Positions 1 to 12,275 of a stretch of 64,000 bases of DNA are shown here, piece after piece. The translations under genes were made by a program, and so were the position numbers. The notes beneath the pieces are model-generated. The model had not been told where the DNA came from. It did not search any database and saw only the letters and a program-made list of their open reading frames with translations. Each line of letters starts with the position of its first letter. The first letter of the stretch is position 1. The DNA lies in assembly GCA_951406725.2 (NCBI GenBank), contig OX597823.1, positions 77,872,001 to 77,936,000 of the forward strand, given 5' to 3'. This stretch comes from Octopus vulgaris (taxonomy: Eukaryota).

Positions 1-159
1 AGTCAAGTGAACTGACTCCAGTACTTATTTAATCTTTCTTGTAACCCTTGTACTTATTCTTTTGCTGAACTGCTAAGTTATGGGATGTAAACAAACCAAC
101 TCCAGTTCTCAAGCAGTGGTGGGGAAAATTGCAAACACAAAAGCACACACAGACACACT

Positions 160-209
<50 letters not shown>

Positions 210-282
210 TATATATATTTACATGATGGGCTTCTTCCAGTTTCCATCTGCCAAATCTACTTACAAGGTTTTGGTTGGCCTG
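1..282 (-). mobile_element. SINE family A fragment (diverged) with internal (CA)n
   Basis: Matches the reverse complement of the fuller family A copies (e.g. 55316-55735): GCTAAGTTA, GATGGGCTTCTT.CAGTTTCC..CT.CCAAATC.ACT.ACAAGG. Confidence 0.8.
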
Positions 283-741
283 CTATTCATTTTTTTCAAG
301 TGCTGCACTTAATGCACCCATCACTTAGTTCATGGTTAGCTTTATAGCAGCAAATGTTTTGTTACTTTGTAGTTTTTCAAGACATCATGGCTATCCATTG
401 TCTAAAGCATTTTCTTTAAGTGACTTTTTTTTTGCCATATGAATCTTTTGTGACTAAATTTTCAATGGTGATTTGTCTCTTTTAAACAATTATTTTAAAA
501 GGTGAATTGTTATAAACTTCTGAGATATTTTCAGTTACTCACATTGACATGTATAAAAGATTTTTCAAAACTGAAAGTTTATTAGCATGCATTTTTTTTT
601 TAATGATGACTTTCAAAGTGAGATGACATTTACACTTGCCATTTCAACTCGCAGCTTTCTGCAAAGACAAATAAAACAAATGTCACGTGCAATTTGAATT
701 GTACTAAGAATTCTTATGACTAATTAAACAGCAAGTTGTTT

Positions 742-960
742 AAAGCAGCAAGCTGGCAGAACCATTAGCATGCTGGATTAAATGCTTAATAGCATTTTGT
801 CCATCTCTATGTCATGAGTTCAAATCCCACCAAGGTTGATTTCGCTTTTCGTCCTTTTGGTGTTAATAATACGACTACCAGTTGAACACTAGGGTCAATA
901 TAGCTGACTTAGCCAACTTCCTCATATTTGCTGACCTTGTCCCCCAAAATTTGAAACCAA
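742..960 (+). mobile_element. SINE family B (tRNA-derived, Deu/Nin-like central domain), diverged
   Basis: AGCTGGCAGAA head, GAGTTCAAATCC B-box-like motif, GTTGATTTCGCTTTTCGTCCTTT core shared with copies at 37.2 and 43.6 kb. Confidence 0.75.
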
Positions 961-1139
961 TTAGGTGAATGCTTAAAAAGCATTTATTTACTCTCTTTGT
1001 ATTTTCAATAATTCTACTGTTTTCCAACACCCATTTGTGTATGAATGATAAAACAACAAAACTTATGTGAGCTGGTTCAAACAACATAGATTAAAGCAGA
1101 AGGTTGGTACGACTGTTCACTGTCTTGGATATTTCGGTC

Positions 1140-1577
1140 TCGTAAAACAGTTAAATCAAATAAGCAAATACAATCATTCATCAACAGATGCTTGCATAGT
1201 ATACTTAAAATTAAATGGCCCGAACACATAAGCAATATTTAGCTATGGCAAAGAACAAATGAAGTTTCGATTAGGGAGCAAATATTTAGGAAAAAGTGGA
1301 AGTGGATTGGTAGCACAATTAGACAAGACACAACAAATGTAGCGAAAAGTGCTTTACAGGGGAATCCAGATGGATATAGAAAGAAAGGTAGACCTAAGAA
1401 CTCGTGGCGTAGATCAACACAAAAGGTACTAGAGAAAGGGGGACACTCATGGCAGAGTATAAGTACAGAGGCCAAAAATTATGCAACATGGAATTCAACT
1501 ATAAGCGGCCTTGGCTTCTGTACTTATACTCTGCCTCTGCATTGGAGGGTTAAAGGCATAAAGAAAGAAAGAAGAAA
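1140..1577 (+). mobile_element. RTE-clade LINE 3' fragment (decayed C-terminus)
   Basis: Manual translation IQSFINRCLHSILKIKWPEHISNI*LWQRT...WKWIGSTIR...ALQGNPDGYRKKGRPKNSWRR resembles the RTE C-terminus; ends in a (GAAA)n tail. Confidence 0.85.
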
Positions 1578-1984
1578 ACAATTTCAGTGGTACCAAGTCT
1601 AATTGCTTGAGCTTCTGAAAAGGAGTACTATGGCCATACTGGGGCATAGTACTCCCTTTGAAAATTTCAATGTATTGAATAGTTGAATTTTAGCTTTTTG
1701 ATGTAAACATACACACACATATTCACGCATATAAGCAACTAAAACAATTAGTAATATCTTATCCAATAGGCTTTTGCACAGTTTCAATCAACCAAATTTC
1801 ACATGTGGCTCTCTGGGCAAATGTCTTCAGTAATAGTCATGGCTGTAAGCCATGAACTCATGTTTTTGTTTTCTTCTTTAATCATTCGCACAAATGTGTG
1901 CTGTATTCTGGTGTTGTCAGTTTTCTGGTCAACAAATCATGTGCATACTTTGTGCTTTCAAACCCACAAAGAATAAGATGTGTT

Positions 1985-2315
1985 ATGTATGTATGTATGT
2001 ATGTATGTATGTATGTATGTATGTATGTATGTATGTATGTATGTATGTATGTGAGTAAGTAGATTAGTTGTATACAGTACTACTACCTCTAAAACAAAGG
2101 GTAAGAATATTATTGAGGTAACTAGATGGTACAATACCTAATAAGTATCTTCGTTCTTGTTAAAGAATCTTTGAGCTGTACATGTGTGTATGTGTGTGTG
2201 AGAGAGAGTATGTGTGTGTGTGTGTGTGAGAGAGAGTGTGTGTGTGTGTGTGAGAGAGAGAGTGTGTGTGTGAGAGAGTGTGTGTGTGAGAGAGAGTGTG
2301 TGTGTGTGTGTGTGT
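1985..2315. repeat. (TATG)n and compound (GT)n/(GA)n microsatellites
   Basis: Directly visible. Confidence 0.95.
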
Positions 2316-3093
2316 GTAGCTTTTCTGCAGTTTCCCTCTATGTATTGTTGGGTATGAAACTAACAGAAAACCTTCGTCCAAAATGCCATGCAGTGAGGTT
2401 GAACTCAGAACCACGTGAGTTACAAAGTGTCACCACTACACTTTGGCCTATTTCTTGACACTTGTGGCTAAATTGTGCACGCTGAAGATTCACTCAATGA
2501 AGCAAGTTTTATATGCTTAATTAATCTAATCTTCCTCCACCTCCTCCTCCTCTATGATTTCTACGTTTGTGTAATGAAATATATTAAAAGCAGGACAGGT
2601 AGCTTAAATTAATACAGGAAATAACTAAGAGCCTCAGAACCAGATGTAATTGAAAAGGTATAAACGAGAGCTAGCTTCATCTACAAATCTTAAAGGAATA
2701 ATTCCACTTCATTCTGTTTATGTTACGTAATTAAATCCTGATAAATTATATATATGTCTAATTACATTTTAAGATTATATAAATCGAGACTTTGAACTCT
2801 TGTTAGGTGTTTAGAAATTCACGCACACCTGTCTTTTCCTACTTTCTCACACAGCTGGTGATTATTATTGAAACCAGAGGTTAAAATGGAAACTCTTATT
2901 GACTACTTTTCATGACAGAAAGAAAATGATGCTGTCACCTTCAGCTGTTCATTATGTACTGCTCAAATATGTTTCTTGCCAATTTTCTTTCCCGTGAAAA
3001 GTATTTCTAAGCTTTACTGAGGCCGATGGGCTTAATTGATTACTAAGTTATCTTCTTGTATCTAAAGCTTGTATTGATCTACTTGCCTGAAAA

Positions 3094-3242
<149 letters not shown>

Positions 3243-3326
3243 TCCTCAAAAACACTTTCTTATCTTGGTTTCCATCTTCTTTGACTTTATATATATATTG
3301 AAGAGATATTTTCAATCACTGCTTTC

Positions 3327-3382
<56 letters not shown>

Positions 3383-3774
3383 TCCTTTTTATTATAAGGC
3401 ACAAGGTCTGAGATTTTGGAGGAGGAGACCAGTCAATTTCAGTGGTCTTAGTACTTAAATGATATTCATTTTATTAACCTTGGAAGGATGAAAGGCAAAG
3501 ACAACCAAAGCAGTATTTGAACTCAGAATGTAAAACTGGAAGAAATGCTACTTGACATTTTGTCTGATGGATTAACGATTCTGCCAGCTCATTGCTCTAA
3601 TAGTAGTAGTAGTAGTGTTGGTGGTGCTGGTGAAAATAATAATAATAGTAATCCTTTCTACAATAGGCACAAGGCCTGAAATTTTAGTGGAGAGGTCTAG
3701 ATCAATCCACAATGCTCAATTGGTACTTATTTTATTGACCTCCAAAAGAATGAAAGGCAAAGTCGACCTTGGTG

Positions 3775-3825
<51 letters not shown>

Positions 3826-3921
3826 TGATGATAATGATAATAATAATATAACATAGCAGCAATAATAATAATGATGATGATGGTGATAACAATAATAATG
3901 ATGATGTTGATGATAATAATA

Positions 3922-3980
<59 letters not shown>
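3327..3980 (-). mobile_element. Two diverged SINE B copies (about 3395-3597 and 3655-3777) among (TAA)n tracts
   Basis: GGATGAAAGGCAAAG..AAC / TGAAAGGCAAAGTCGACCTTGGTGGAAT and TTTGAACTCAGAATG motifs. Confidence 0.75.
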
Positions 3981-3982
<2 letters not shown>

Positions 3983-4420
3983 AAACACCTTATTTATTGT
4001 TGAATGCTTTGCAAAGATATGAGAAAAATCAATCACATCAAAGATCAGAAGTGTTAATAATGCCTGAGTGGTTCCTTCACAACTTCCAATCGCGAATTAT
4101 TCATGGTGACCTATATTTAACCAATTATGAACGATGAACTGTTGTTATATAAAATGTTGAAAAAGATATTTAAAGACAACATTTCAAATGCTTCATCCTT
4201 AAGTTTGTTATAAAGAAATAAAAAAAAAAATTATATTAGGTGCAATAAAAATTAAGATTTTACGCTATTTCCCATTTTTCAATTAGTGTGTTCTTAAGAA
4301 AGCAATGTTTAATGATATGTGTACAAGTTTGTGTGTGTTGTGTATATATATATATACACACGTGCACACACATATACACACACACATATATACACATATA
4401 CACATATATACATATATACA

Positions 4421-4462
<42 letters not shown>

Positions 4463-4826
4463 CACACGTGCACACACATATATACATATATACACATATA
4501 TACATATATATATATCATCAACATACTCCTCCTCATCATTTAGCATCAGATTTCCATGCTGGCAAAGGTTAAATGGTTTAACTAAAACTGGTAAATTGGA
4601 GAGCTGCACCAGGTTTCAATCTGATTCGACATGGTTTCTGCTGCTGAGTACTCTTTCTAATGCTAAATCTTGGAATGTCTAGCTCCTAACTTTGGAGTTA
4701 AAAGCTAGATCAACCATCAAACTGGACAGTGCTGTATAGTACTAAAGATTCTGTTTCCTCCATCTCAAATAAGGACCCAGTATTGCAACAGTTTTGGTTT
4801 TAGGGTTCAATAACTGTTTAACATCC

Positions 4827-5200
4827 TCTTTTACTCTTTTACTTGCTTCAGTCATTTGACTGTGGCCATGCTGGAACACCACCTTTAGTCAAGCAAATCG
4901 ACCCCAGGACTTATTCTTTGTAAAGCCTAGTACTTATTCTATCAGTCTCTTTTACTGAACCACTAAGTTACAGGCACGTAAGCACACCAGCATTGGTTGT
5001 CAAGCAATGTTGTGGGGACAAACACAGACACACAAACATATACACACACACATACATACATATATATATATACGATGGGCTTCTTTCAGTTTCCATCTAC
5101 CAAATCCACTCACAAGGCTTTGGTCAGCCCGAGGCTATAGTAGAAGACACTTGCCCAAGGTGCCACACAGTGGGACTGAACCTGGAACCATGTGGCTCGT
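4827..5200 (-). mobile_element. SINE family A, near full length
   Basis: Colinear with 55316-55735 from the (CTCTTTTA)n tail to GGAACCATGTGG. Confidence 0.9.
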
Positions 5201-5414
5201 AGCCAAACAATTTCAGAGATTTGTGAGTTGTACATGTGGAAACCACCAAAAAGCACCTGGACAAATTTCTATCTGAAATCGCAGATGAACCCACATCGTG
5301 ACAGGAGGTGCAAAAAAAGAGCAGTCTCATGCAACTTGATTCTTAATCAAAAACAGTACAGAAAAGAGACCCAAATATAATGAAAGGCAGAGCACCAGAA
5401 TGGCACCATGAAAC

Positions 5415-5446
<32 letters not shown>

Positions 5447-5451
5447 CACTT

Positions 5452-6117
5452 ATTACAAACAATAAATTAAATAGATTGTCAATTCAATTGACAATCTAAC
5501 AATTTATTTATATTATAATATGACATAATATACTATGAAAATAATTATTAAAAAACAACAGTTTATTTTGACTTATATACATTATTTGATTTATAAACAA
5601 TTTACCTCCATATACATAAGTCTCTTCAGGGTTTTGGTACAAAATACAGATGGAATTCCGTGTGAAAGTACGGCTAGATTGCAAAAAAATTGATTCAAAT
5701 ATCTATGTTTAGGAGCGTGAGCATTAACTTTTCACGTACGTAACAAGTACAATTAAAAAAACAAAACAAAAGTATAAGGTACAAGATAATTAAGTAAATA
5801 GAATCTACAACTATCAAAATACATTTCTGTATATCTAAAATAACATAAATCCAAATTCGTTTAGGTTCAAGACAATCTTTGGCTCTTTTAATAACATACA
5901 ACTACAATATATAAGTACGTAAATGAATTAAATATCAGGGTCTTAGTTAATCAAATAATGTATATAAGTCAAAACAAATTGCTGACTTTTTGGTTTTTAG
6001 TAATTTTTTATGTTATCTTGTATTATATTATATTCATAGTATATTATGCTATATTATAATATAAATAAATTATTAGATTGTCAGTTGAATCTCTCTAGCT
6101 AATTTATTGTTTGTAAC
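5452..6117 (-). mobile_element. Element with long imperfect inverted arms (about 5452-5592 / 5949-6117); Penelope-like remnant with inverted pseudo-LTR
   Basis: Left TACAAACAATAAATT...GACAATCTAA.AATTTATTTATATTATAATAT...CATAATATACTATGAA...TTTTGACTTATATACATTATTTGATT is the reverse complement of the right arm; next to (TA)n; decayed minus-strand hammerhead at 5552-5635. Confidence 0.65.
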
Positions 6118-6404
6118 TTGTATTATACCTCTATTTTTGTGGTATTCAACTGATCTACACACCTTTGAAGGAATTTCTTTCCATAGCTTGTTACACACAC
6201 ACACATAAACACATATATATATATTATGTATGTTTGTGTATATATATTCTGACTCTGACCAAAATCAAATATATATATTGTTGTGTCTGGGGAGAGTCAT
6301 ATTACTTTAATATATATATATCAATATTATCTCCCTTTCGTTCAACTTCTTCTTTCAAATTTCTTTTTTCTATTCCTTCGCAACACTTGACTGCTAAATC
6401 TACA

Positions 6405-6547
6405 AGTTTTTTTCATTCTCTCCCTCTGTTTATTTTCTCTTATTTCTTTCTGTTGAAGAGTGCAGGGTCAAAACGTGAAAGACATTTTCATTTTCCCAAC
6501 TGTCAAACTAATACACCTGTCTTTATCTTTTGTCTTCCCATAAACTT

Positions 6548-6550
<3 letters not shown>
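6405..6550 (+). mobile_element. Short hammerhead-like element, same family as 30487-30646
   Basis: tcttt CTGTTGA a gagt gcag ggtc AAAA cg TG aaaga (6445-6482); downstream CACCTGTCTT...CCATAAACT shared with the 30.5 kb copy; followed by (TA)n. Confidence 0.6.
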
Positions 6551-6599
<49 letters not shown>

Positions 6600-7049
6600 T
6601 ACATACATATATATATATACATATATATATATATTATGTATGTTAGTGTATATATGTTTTAACTGAAATCAAATTAACATTGGAAATAGCATCATTGTTA
6701 GACATTTTCAAAAATCTATACAAACAGCACCTCATTTCCTCAGAGTTTCATTTATAAGCAAAGGAAAATATTTTTCAGTTCCTTTACTTTCCCGCTTCTT
6801 GAATTCAGCTGCTCCAGGAAAGATTTACGAAGTCATTAACAACAGATATTTACTGCAAGGAAAGAATGCATTATAAATGACTACAGCATACTGCATCTTA
6901 AGAGTATTTTCATACGTAAGAATTGTGTGTGTGTGTGTGTGTGTCTTCATATATATGAGAAGCTGAGATAAATACGAATTTATACTATCAGTTCATATGT
7001 ATGTTCCCCATTCTGGCTGCTCTGTGTTTCATTATGAGTAACACACACA

Positions 7050-7730
7050 GATGTGGCTTAATGCTAAGTAGTTTGCTTGCCAACCACATGGTTCTGGGTT
7101 CAGTTCTACTGTGTGTCATGTTGGGTGAGTGTCTTCTATCATAGCTTCTGACCAACCAAAGCCTTTAAAATGGATTTAGTAGATGGAAACTGAAAGAAGT
7201 CCATCGATCTCTTATATATATATATATATATATATATGTATCAAAATAAGCAACAAGGATATCCAGAAGTAATGCAGTATGATCGTTTCATGTGACTCCA
7301 TTTAATTGAACAATGCAATCATTTCATTACATCAATTTAAAATATAGAGCAATCTTCAGCTGCACAAAGACAGAATTTAATTAAATTAGAAGGACACATT
7401 AGTATAATCACCTTATTTTGAAATTGTATGGATAATGCCATACTAAATTCTGGTGCCTCAACTTAAGTACCATATTCATCTGAATCTAAATTTCATATAT
7501 ATATATATATATCTATATATGTATGTATGTGTGTGTGTATATATATATATATATACAGATCTATGTGTGTGTCTTTGTGGTTGTGCTTGTCACCCCACCA
7601 CTAAGTTTGCATTTACATCTCAATAATTTAGTGGTTCAGCAAAAGAAACCAGCAGAATAAATACTAGGCTTAAAAAAAAAATTTTGGAGGTTAACTCATT
7701 TGACAAAAAATTCCTCCAGGTGGTGCCCGA
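7050..7730 (+). mobile_element. SINE family A split at its internal (TA)n by an insert of about 255 bp (7240-7496)
   Basis: Head GTGGCTTAATGCTAAGTAGTTTGC...GGTTCAGTT to GGAAACTGAAAGAAG; the body resumes at about 7563 (GTGTGTCTTTG...GGTTCAGCAAAAGA). Confidence 0.8.
7273..7364 (-). ncRNA. Minimal type I hammerhead ribozyme motif with long stem II
   Basis: Minus strand: tgcag CTGAAGA t [long imperfect stem II] t GAAA cgatca TA ctgca; stem I tgcag/ctgca is perfect; loop III is one transition away from palindromic CGATCG. Confidence 0.75.
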
Positions 7731-8244
7731 GTAGATGATAAAATATAAATGATTTTCAACTAAAAGTCACTTTGGAATTAATGCAATTCTATCAAAAATT
7801 TTAATTGCTTGATTTGTTTTTGGGAAGACACTGTAATATTCTAAAGTAATTACAAAGCTACATGTTTGAAGCAGAATGCGATATCCGTGTATGGAAATAT
7901 ACTATTGCAAAATATCACTTTGAATATTACCTGAATATATTTTTGTTTCAAATTTGTAATATATTAAGTATTTTTTTTTTTGTTGCAAAAAGAACTATTG
8001 TTAATAACTTTGTAAATCTTCCTTGGAACAATTGAACAGAGAAGTAAAATAGCCTAAGAATGTTTTTCCTTCACCTATAAACGAAACTCTGAGAAAATAA
8101 TTACTAACAAACATGCCAAGATTATGTTCATGAAAACCTTAGCAAAAGCAAACAATGAAAGCAATTTTCTCAGTGAATATAGCATACCATACTTCAAAAG
8201 TATTTCTGTACATAAATCCTCATTAGTATTCTTTCAGATCTTAC

Positions 8245-8289
8245 CTTGTGTCTGAAAGATACTTCATCGTTGGGGGAAAGTGGCATCAT
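8245..8289 (-). CDS. Candidate first coding exon segment MMPLSPNDEVSFRHK (unassigned)
   Basis: CATAAA-ATG start context, 15 open codons, strong donor AAG|GTAAGA at 8245/8244; unique non-repeat sequence; no homology recognised. Confidence 0.3.
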
Positions 8290-8513
8290 TTTATGCTTTA
8301 GTGTAAGGAACTACTTCAGCTCACTCTACTTTCTGTCTATATGCCAAGTCTTGCTAATTCTATAATACATTTCAAATAGACACGAAAACAACTCCTCGTA
8401 GTGAATCCTAGACAACAGTTTGTAGTTTAAATGTCAAATAAGTGAAAAATCTGTTTTTGCTCTCACCTCCCCTACTCAACTTGTTCACACATATATACGT
8501 GTACTCTTTTTGT

Positions 8514-8566
<53 letters not shown>

Positions 8567-8667
8567 ATATATATATATGTATGTATGTATGTATGTATAT
8601 ATATATATGTATGTATGTATGTATATATATATATGTATGCATGTATGTATATATGTATGTATGCATG

Positions 8668-8698
<31 letters not shown>

Positions 8699-8759
8699 TT
8701 ATATGTATATTTATGTATGCATGTATATATATCTTAGCATATTTCTGTGAGTTTATGGC

Positions 8760-8798
<39 letters not shown>

Positions 8799-8938
8799 AT
8801 ATAGATATATACATATATATAAATATATACATATATGGTCAGCTAGGCTTTAATAGTCTAACCTTTTCTATTGACAGCTGGACAAAAGTAAATTTAAAAA
8901 TTGCAAACTGCATGATGAGGAGTTCTATATTTCTTCTG

Positions 8939-8984
8939 GTCAAGGACATTTCAGTATCAGTTTAAAATATTTCATCAGATTAAC
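8939..8984 (-). ncRNA. Degenerate minimal hammerhead motif
   Basis: Minus strand: gttaat CTGATGA aatatt ttaaact gatact GAAA tg TC cttgac; stems I and II imperfect. Confidence 0.45.
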
Positions 8985-10048
8985 ATTCGAACAAACGAAG
9001 AGTAATAAAAACCATGCCAGTGCAGATATTGGAGCTTGGTGCAGTCTTTAGGCACGCCAGCAACTGTTAAACCATCCAGCCCCTGCCAGCATGCATAAGG
9101 ACATTTAATGGTGAGGATGAGGAACTAATGTATATTTTCTGTATACAAAAATACTCTATTAAGAATAGTCAAAAATAATAAAATAAAAACACTATATAAA
9201 TCAATACCAGAGTGTTTAAAATATGATTGTATTTGAAAGAATCTTAAGATTCTAAAATGTTTTTTGGAAATTGTTCAACATTTAAACCTTTGAATCACTG
9301 TCATCATCATCATCATCATCATCGTTGTCATCCTTTTAACACCTATTTCCTATGCCTGAACAGGTCTGTTTAAAGTATGTTGGAGCAGAGTTTACTATAG
9401 CCAGAAGCTCTTTCTGTCACCAATCCCCACCTATTTCCTAGTGAGGTATTAATTCCCTGATCTAATGAACAACAACCTGGACATGTTTGCAGAGAGAACT
9501 GGAAACAAATGACATCGAAATGAGCATGAAAATTGTTTTTGTGGTGACTGGGGAATGAGGTTATTTAAAAATAGTAATTAATCACACAAGAGTGGCAGGG
9601 TGGGTTTTGGGAAATGTAGAGAGCTTTATACGATTGGAGAGTGGGGAGCTTGGAATGGAGTGAGGTGGAGTAGGTAAATGGGTTGTTGCGAAGCAGTGAA
9701 AATTATGCAGAGTAGAAGAATGGGAAAAAGGAAGGCTTAATGAAGGATATGGGAGTAACTAAAGTGTTAGAAGTGAGGATCGATGCTGGTAGCTCAATGA
9801 GGCATCATACAGTACTGCCCATGCCTTTATCGTGTTCATTAAATTGATTAAGTTGGGTCTTGTTGTTTGCATTACTTGAGCAAACATTTGCACTCATGCA
9901 GGTAAATGCATAATAATTCATTATTTTTAAAAAAATATAATTCATACATTTTCTCTATCATGTATTATTTGCTTTTCTTACCCACACACTTTCTCTGCAC
10001 ACTTTTCCGTAATGTATTCTGAATAACAGATCACTTATACTGAATGTC

Positions 10049-10094
10049 ATATTAATCTGATGATCAGTGACATGAAATTTGAATAACTCAATAT
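10049..10094 (+). ncRNA. Degenerate minimal hammerhead motif
   Basis: atattaat CTGATGA t cagtgaca t GAAA tttgaa TA actcaatat; loop III one transition from TTCGAA; next to (TA)n. Confidence 0.45.
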
Positions 10095-10116
10095 AAGGTG
10101 CCTACATTTAAAAATC

Positions 10117-10169
<53 letters not shown>

Positions 10170-10371
10170 TATACATGCACACATACACTCACATTTAGTG
10201 GATGTGTATATATATAGCCATATTGTGGCTGTATTTAAGTATTATATTTAAGTAATATGTATATATAACTTTAATAGATATCTATTTATCTATCTATCTA
10301 TATACATATATATATTTGTATATATATATTTGTATATATATATATAGATATATATATGTATACATATATAC

Positions 10372-10402
<31 letters not shown>

Positions 10403-11810
10403 CACGCACAAGTACAAATATATATACAGATAGATAGATATCCATTAACATTATATATATTATTTAAATATATGTATTGAGTGTGTGTGTGCACATACAT
10501 ATAAGGAGTCAATCTGTTTATCTATGTGTGTATGTATAAACACACACACATACATGAGTATATGTATATATGAATGTTAGTATATATATGTGTGAACATT
10601 TTATCTATAAAGCTTATTTAGCATATAAAAACCTATATACCGCTTCTTTTATTATTATTATTATTATTATTATTTTATTAGTCAACTTACTTAACTAATT
10701 AACTAATTGGTTTCTCATCTAATTGTTTGATTAATCAATTAATCAGTTGGTTTGTCAGTCCTTTCGTCACTGTTCATGACCTCATAAATGATGTGTCTTC
10801 ATTGCTTCAGGTCTATTACAATATGTTCAGACTGGATGTGCTGGGTTTAGCTTGTGCATTTATATTTTTTTGATGGTGTGCAATTGAGTGGGTGTGTACA
10901 ATGGTTAATGTGTTGGTATATCTGTGTTGCATTGCAGTATCAGAGATTTGTTTTGTATGATCAGAGTGTATGTGGATGTATGCATACATATATGTATGCG
11001 CTTATGTATGCGTGCATGCACCTGCTTGTAACTTGTTCGTGTATACAATCACATCTATGTATGTAGCGATTCTGTAGCTGTGCTCTTTCCTCTTATTTTT
11101 TCTTCCTCAAAGGATTAATAAATTTATCCACATATATACATTCTAATTCTCTCACTCGTTCCCCACCACTATCTCTCTCACACACATCCACCAACATGCG
11201 TGTATACGCATACACCTATACACTTTTTTACTTATTCTTTCTAACCTATTTCATGAATTCTTTTGATATCCAAGGCAAGTTCCATTTATATAATTTCTTG
11301 TGACGTTTTATATTGTCTTCTTTACTCCCCTTCTGCATCCTGGTTCTGTTCTTGGTTCTTTCCAAAGAAATGCAGATAATGAACGAAGTCTTGTTATGCT
11401 TCTTTATTTCACAGAGTTGTCATGAGGGGGAAATGTTGTTTATTACTTCGTTTATTACACTTATTAAATCTGCTGTTTGTTATTTTCATGGCTTCAATAT
11501 AGTAGAGTTTTTGTTGACTAAGTATATGGTGCCAATGGGCTTCCCATAATGTGTATCCATGATGGCCATTCTATTATTTAAAGATATGCTATTAAGTTGT
11601 ATTAACAGCCAAATAACAGATCTACATAAAATGCCCACATGCAAATGCAAGAGATACAAACACCACATCACAAAAATAACATCATCATCTAATGAAAAGA
11701 CCAGGAAAACACCAGCCAATCAAGCTAACCAATGGATAAACACAAACACCAGACTACATACACACACCAAAGAATATGAATACACCACCAATATCAAGTT
11801 GTAGGTGTTC

Positions 11811-11849
11811 TCACCTGAAGATTGCAGTGGCATGAAACTTGAGTCATGA
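11811..11849 (+). ncRNA. Minimal type I hammerhead ribozyme motif in a Penelope-like 3' end remnant (about 11550-11930)
   Basis: tcac CTGAAGA t tgc agtg gca t GAAA cttgag TC atga; GUC site; both departures from ideal pairing are CpG-type transitions; AATAAA about 25 nt downstream. Confidence 0.8.
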
Positions 11850-11959
11850 TACAATCTCTCAGTTTCAGTTTCAATAAAAGAAAACATCCTCTACAATTTG
11901 TATTGAGTGCTCCTCTCTCATTTCTTCAACATAAACCGATGTATATTAGCATTTTATCA

Positions 11960-12275
11960 TTTCTTTTATCTTTTACTTGTTTCAGTCATCAGCCTGCAGC
12001 TATGCTGCTAGGGCACCACCTCAAAGAATTTTAGTTGCACAAATTAACCCCAGGACATTTTAAAGCCTGATACTTATTCTATTAGTCTCTTGTTGACAAA
12101 CTGCTAAGTTACAGGGATGTAAACCTATGAACACCAGTCGTCAGACACAAAGACACATACATAATACATATAAACACACACACACACACAATAGGCGTCA
12201 GTTTCTTTCAATTTCCACTTAGAAGGCTTTGGACAGACAAAGTTGGGAACCTGGAACCAAACTTGTTACCACACA
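11960..12275 (-). mobile_element. SINE family A, diverged
   Basis: TTTTACTTGTTTCAGTCAT tail, TACTTATTCTATT, CTGCTAAGTTACAGGGATGTAAAC. Confidence 0.75.

Noticed and set aside
2478-2515. CTGAAGA hammerhead-like word
   Set aside because: No GAAA and no stem I partner.
2800-3087. Minus-strand exon after a (CT)n-TTTTCAG acceptor
   Set aside because: The pyrimidine tract is a microsatellite; no sustained frame and only weak donors.
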